64,000 bases of DNA, taken from contig CDROCS010000410.1 in the NCBI GenBank assembly GCA_977020255.1, forward strand, positions 496,001-560,000, read 5' to 3'. Positions 61,066-64,000 of the stretch are shown here, one piece after another. The stretch comes from Obrimoposthia wandeli. Lineage: Eukaryota. Every line of letters begins with the position of its first letter. Position 1 is the first letter of the stretch. The notes below the pieces were generated by a model that saw only the letters and a program-made list of their open reading frames with translations, did not search any database and was not told the DNA's origin. Position numbers and translations under genes: made by a program.

Positions 61066-63594
61066 CTATAACGGCACTATTGAACTATCATCAATGACTG
61101 CGCCGAGACGGTTCATAAAGAACTGAATATACTTATCATCATACAAGTTTTTAGTCGCATTCGCTAAGCGTTGTTGATAAATTATTTCTTCAAGTTGCGC
61201 TGGCGTTGATTTGTTTGGGTTTTCACCAAAATTAATCACTAACTCAACTGTTTCAGACAGCACTTCTTGCAGCGCTTCAGTTAACTGCTGACGAGATTTG
61301 TCATTGGTCACGTAACGTTGGTCAGGATTCATGGTCAAAGTAACACGACCAGGTTCATGTTCCATAACACTGTGCAGAGCCATTTGGCGAACTCGCCCAC
61401 CTAAACTCATCTGATTGATGTAACCACACCACGGATCATTTTCATCACGTAATTTGTTATCTAGTCGTGTAATGGTGGTTGATTTAGCCGATTTCTGGCC
61501 CTGAAATGCCGGTGACAAATCATTAATATCAACAGCAACCTGACTGAAACGATCAATTTGACGTACCGCAGGTTCTGCAAAACCTTGTGCAGGTGCTTGG
61601 TTGTTATAACCCCCCTGCCCTTGGCTTTGTGAATAGCCTTGATCTTGGTACTGTCCTTGGTCTGGATAGTTACCTTGGTCCTGATACGAATCAAGAGGTG
61701 GCAACTCGTCCCATGTCGGGGGAGACGATTGCTGTGTTTGTTGTTGCTGCATAGGTTGGCTTACAGGGGCGTTAAAACGACTCTGACTAGCGGGTGTATG
61801 CTGGATAACAGGTGCTACCGCTTTTTTCGGCGGTACATACGACGATTGAGCCTGTTCACTCTTCGCCGCTGTCGACTTTTTTGCAGTTGTACCTAAGCGA
61901 CTACGTAAAAAATTACGCGTTTTACGTCCTTGGTCAACAGTGTTTTCAACTACAGGCGCTTGCGCAGGTACTTGACTCTGAACTTGTTGCGACTGTACTT
62001 GCTGCTGCGGCGCTTCTTGCGGTTGTTGTTGCGCAGAGTTAATTGGTTCGTGTTGTATTGGCGCAGCTGGTGTCGGTGCGATATTCATCGGCTGTGGCGC
62101 GTATGCTGGCACGGCACTATCTTGTGACGCGACATTATTTTGCGCATAACTCTGTGGAGCTGCAGCACTTTGTAGATAAGTAGCTTGCGGCTCAACACTT
62201 TGTTGTTCTACATTTTGTGGTTCGACATGACCCATCGCTTGCGCAGCTTGTAATAGCTCGTTTTGCTCTAGGTTTAAATTCATCACCGCGTCATCAGCTT
62301 GTTCTGTTGCGACGACTGGTTGTGCTTGCTGCTGCAGTGATTCAGTTACTGGAACTGGTGCTTGTACTGAAACCGGAGCTTGTATTGTAGCAGGCTCAGG
62401 CACTTCAGAAACGGGAGTTTGCGTAACTGGTGCAGCCACTACTGTTTCAGTCACTACTGGTGCGATTGCTACAGGTGCAGGTGTTACATCTCTCTCAGGC
62501 GCTTGTAAACGCCCTTGTGGACGAAACGCTAACATACGTAATATCGTCATTTCTAACGCACTACGTGGATCTGGAGCAAGCGGTAATTCTTTACGACCTG
62601 TTAAGGTAATTTGATAATACAGCTGCACATCTTCCGGTGACATTTCGTCACATAAAGCTTTCACTTTATCTGCATTCTCGGAATCTACCACGGATGACGG
62701 CAAAATTTGCGCCATCGCAATGCGGTGTAACAAGCTTGCTAATTCAATGTGCAGTTGGTCGAAGTCAGGCCCTAGTGAGCTTACTTCGGCAATTTTAGCC
62801 ATGCAGTTATTAGCATCACCACTGACAATTAAGCGCAGTAGTTGCAGCATATGGGTGTGATCTAGCGTACCCAACATATCTAACACTGTTTGGTATAATA
62901 CTTCACCCGCACCATGAGATAATGCTTGGTCGGTTAGACTCAAGGCGTCACGCATACTACCATCAGCTGCTTTCGCGATTGCATTTAATGCTGACAATTC
63001 GTATTGGCAATGCTCGCGCGATAAAATATGCACTAACTGCTGAGAAATCTGCTCAGTCGTTAGAACTTTTAAATGGAACTGCAAGCAACGCGATAAAATA
63101 GTAATTGGTAATTTTTGCGGATCAGTTGTCGCCAGTAAGAACTTCACATATTCAGGTGGTTCTTCTAACGTTTTTAATAACGCATTAAAACTGTGCTTAG
63201 AAAGCATGTGTACTTCATCGATTAAGTACACCTTGAAACGGCCACGAGCAGGTTTATATTGCACGTTATCAAGTAACTCACGCGTATCTTCCACTTTAGT
63301 TCGCGATGCCGCATCGATTTCGAGCAGGTCAACGTAACAACCTTGATCGATCTCTACACACGTAGAACATTCGCCACATGGAGTACTCGTGATGCCTTTC
63401 TCGCAATTTAAGCTTTTGGCTAAAATTCGTGCAATGGTGGTTTTACCCACACCGCGCGTACCACTGAGCAAATATGCATGGTGTAAACGGTCTTGCTCTA
63501 GCGCATTAACTAAAGCGGTCAGCACGTGTTGTTGACCAACAACTTGCTGAAAATTATGCGGGCGCCATTTACGCGCTAAGACTTGATAACTCAT
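61066..63594 (-). CDS. dnaX: DNA polymerase III subunits tau/gamma
   Basis: YQVLARKWRP, GTRGVGKTT, IDEVH, SRC; long Q/P/A-rich linker. Confidence 0.99.
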   Translation of the reverse strand: MSYQVLARKWRPHNFQQVVGQQHVLTALVNALEQDRLHHAYLLSGTRGVGKTTIARILAKSLNCEKGITSTPCGECSTCVEIDQGCYVDLLEIDAASRTKVEDTRELLDNVQYKPARGRFKVYLIDEVHMLSKHSFNALLKTLEEPPEYVKFLLATTDPQKLPITILSRCLQFHLKVLTTEQISQQLVHILSREHCQYELSALNAIAKAADGSMRDALSLTDQALSHGAGEVLYQTVLDMLGTLDHTHMLQLLRLIVSGDANNCMAKIAEVSSLGPDFDQLHIELASLLHRIAMAQILPSSVVDSENADKVKALCDEMSPEDVQLYYQITLTGRKELPLAPDPRSALEMTILRMLAFRPQGRLQAPERDVTPAPVAIAPVVTETVVAAPVTQTPVSEVPEPATIQAPVSVQAPVPVTESLQQQAQPVVATEQADDAVMNLNLEQNELLQAAQAMGHVEPQNVEQQSVEPQATYLQSAAAPQSYAQNNVASQDSAVPAYAPQPMNIAPTPAAPIQHEPINSAQQQPQEAPQQQVQSQQVQSQVPAQAPVVENTVDQGRKTRNFLRSRLGTTAKKSTAAKSEQAQSSYVPPKKAVAPVIQHTPASQSRFNAPVSQPMQQQQTQQSSPPTWDELPPLDSYQDQGNYPDQGQYQDQGYSQSQGQGGYNNQAPAQGFAEPAVRQIDRFSQVAVDINDLSPAFQGQKSAKSTTITRLDNKLRDENDPWCGYINQMSLGGRVRQMALHSVMEHEPGRVTLTMNPDQRYVTNDKSRQQLTEALQEVLSETVELVINFGENPNKSTPAQLEEIIYQQRLANATKNLYDDKYIQFFMNRLGAVIDDSSIVPL
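61856..61882 (-). other. dnaX -1 ribosomal frameshift site
   Basis: In-frame A AAA AAG at 61882-61876; the -1 frame reaches TGA at 61858-61856. Confidence 0.7.
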
Positions 63595-63699
63595 AACAGT
63601 TCAATGATTACTTAATATAGACAAGCACTAATATGCTCGGGACTGAAAATAGCTGGCAGTCGGCCACCAGCTAATCACGATAGTTAGAATGATTGCGGA

Positions 63700-64000
63700 T
63701 TATTCGCCGTCAAAATCAACTAATTTAGTAATATTAACATTAAGATTCTTCAATACAGTTTCACCACCTAGGTCTGGTAGTGAGATAACAAATGCAGCGT
63801 CTTCAACAATACCGCCAAGCTGACGGATTAAAGAAACCGTCGCCGCCACAGTACCACCAGTTGCTAATAGATCATCAACGATAAGTACTTTATCGCCTGC
63901 GTCTACTGCGTCTACGTGAATTTGTAATGTATCAGTACCGTATTCTAACTCGTAGCTTTGTTCAATCGTTTTACGCGGTAGTTTGTTCGGCTTGCGCACT
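63700..64000 (-). CDS. apt: Adenine phosphoribosyltransferase (3' part; 5' end outside window)
   Basis: [28 protein letters not shown]. Confidence 0.97.
   Translation of the reverse strand, partial: VRKPNKLPRKTIEQSYELEYGTDTLQIHVDAVDAGDKVLIVDDLLATGGTVAATVSLIRQLGGIVEDAAFVISLPDLGGETVLKNLNVNITKLVDFDGE

Noticed and set aside
61200-62500. Gln/Pro/Ala-rich dnaX segment as a possible intein or insertion
   Set aside because: No intein or endonuclease motifs; consistent with the variable low-complexity tau linker.

Overview
Chromosomal window of an AT-rich marine gammaproteobacterium. Moritella-like is my inference from the Vibrio/Shewanella-type gene order, polar-flagellar motY, Rnf and Atc cold-adaptation genes; the genus is not proven. 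Left to right: (1) a MARTX toxin locus with all six genes on the minus strand (rtxB-D-E-H-C-A; rtxA runs off the left edge and is absent from the ORF track); (2) SRP RNA (ffs); (3) a GAF-GGDEF-EAL gene; (4) menFDHBCE; (5) TSUP and APC transporters; (6) a coupled SMC-like triplet (1272/210/424 aa, MksB/E/F-like, no nuclease gene) followed by elyC; (7) tpiA, pfkA and uvrB, with a DARS-like triple DnaA box upstream of uvrB; (8) a diguanylate cyclase; (9) ten tandem tRNA-Asn genes; (10) a degenerate GGDEF-EAL gene; (11) rnfABCDGE-nth, with a frameshift in the rnfC tail repeats; (12) mgtE behind a ~500-nt leader with two small ORFs, one resembling MgtL; (13) apbE, satP, gloA, motY, rnt, an antiporter, grxD, sodB and an unannotated 29-aa hydrophobic ORF; (14) recR separated from ybaB by an opposite-strand atcJABC-like operon; (15) dnaX with a -1 frameshift site, and partial apt. 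No CRISPR array, integrase or transposase was seen. The best novelty candidates are the SMC triplet and the mgtE leader.
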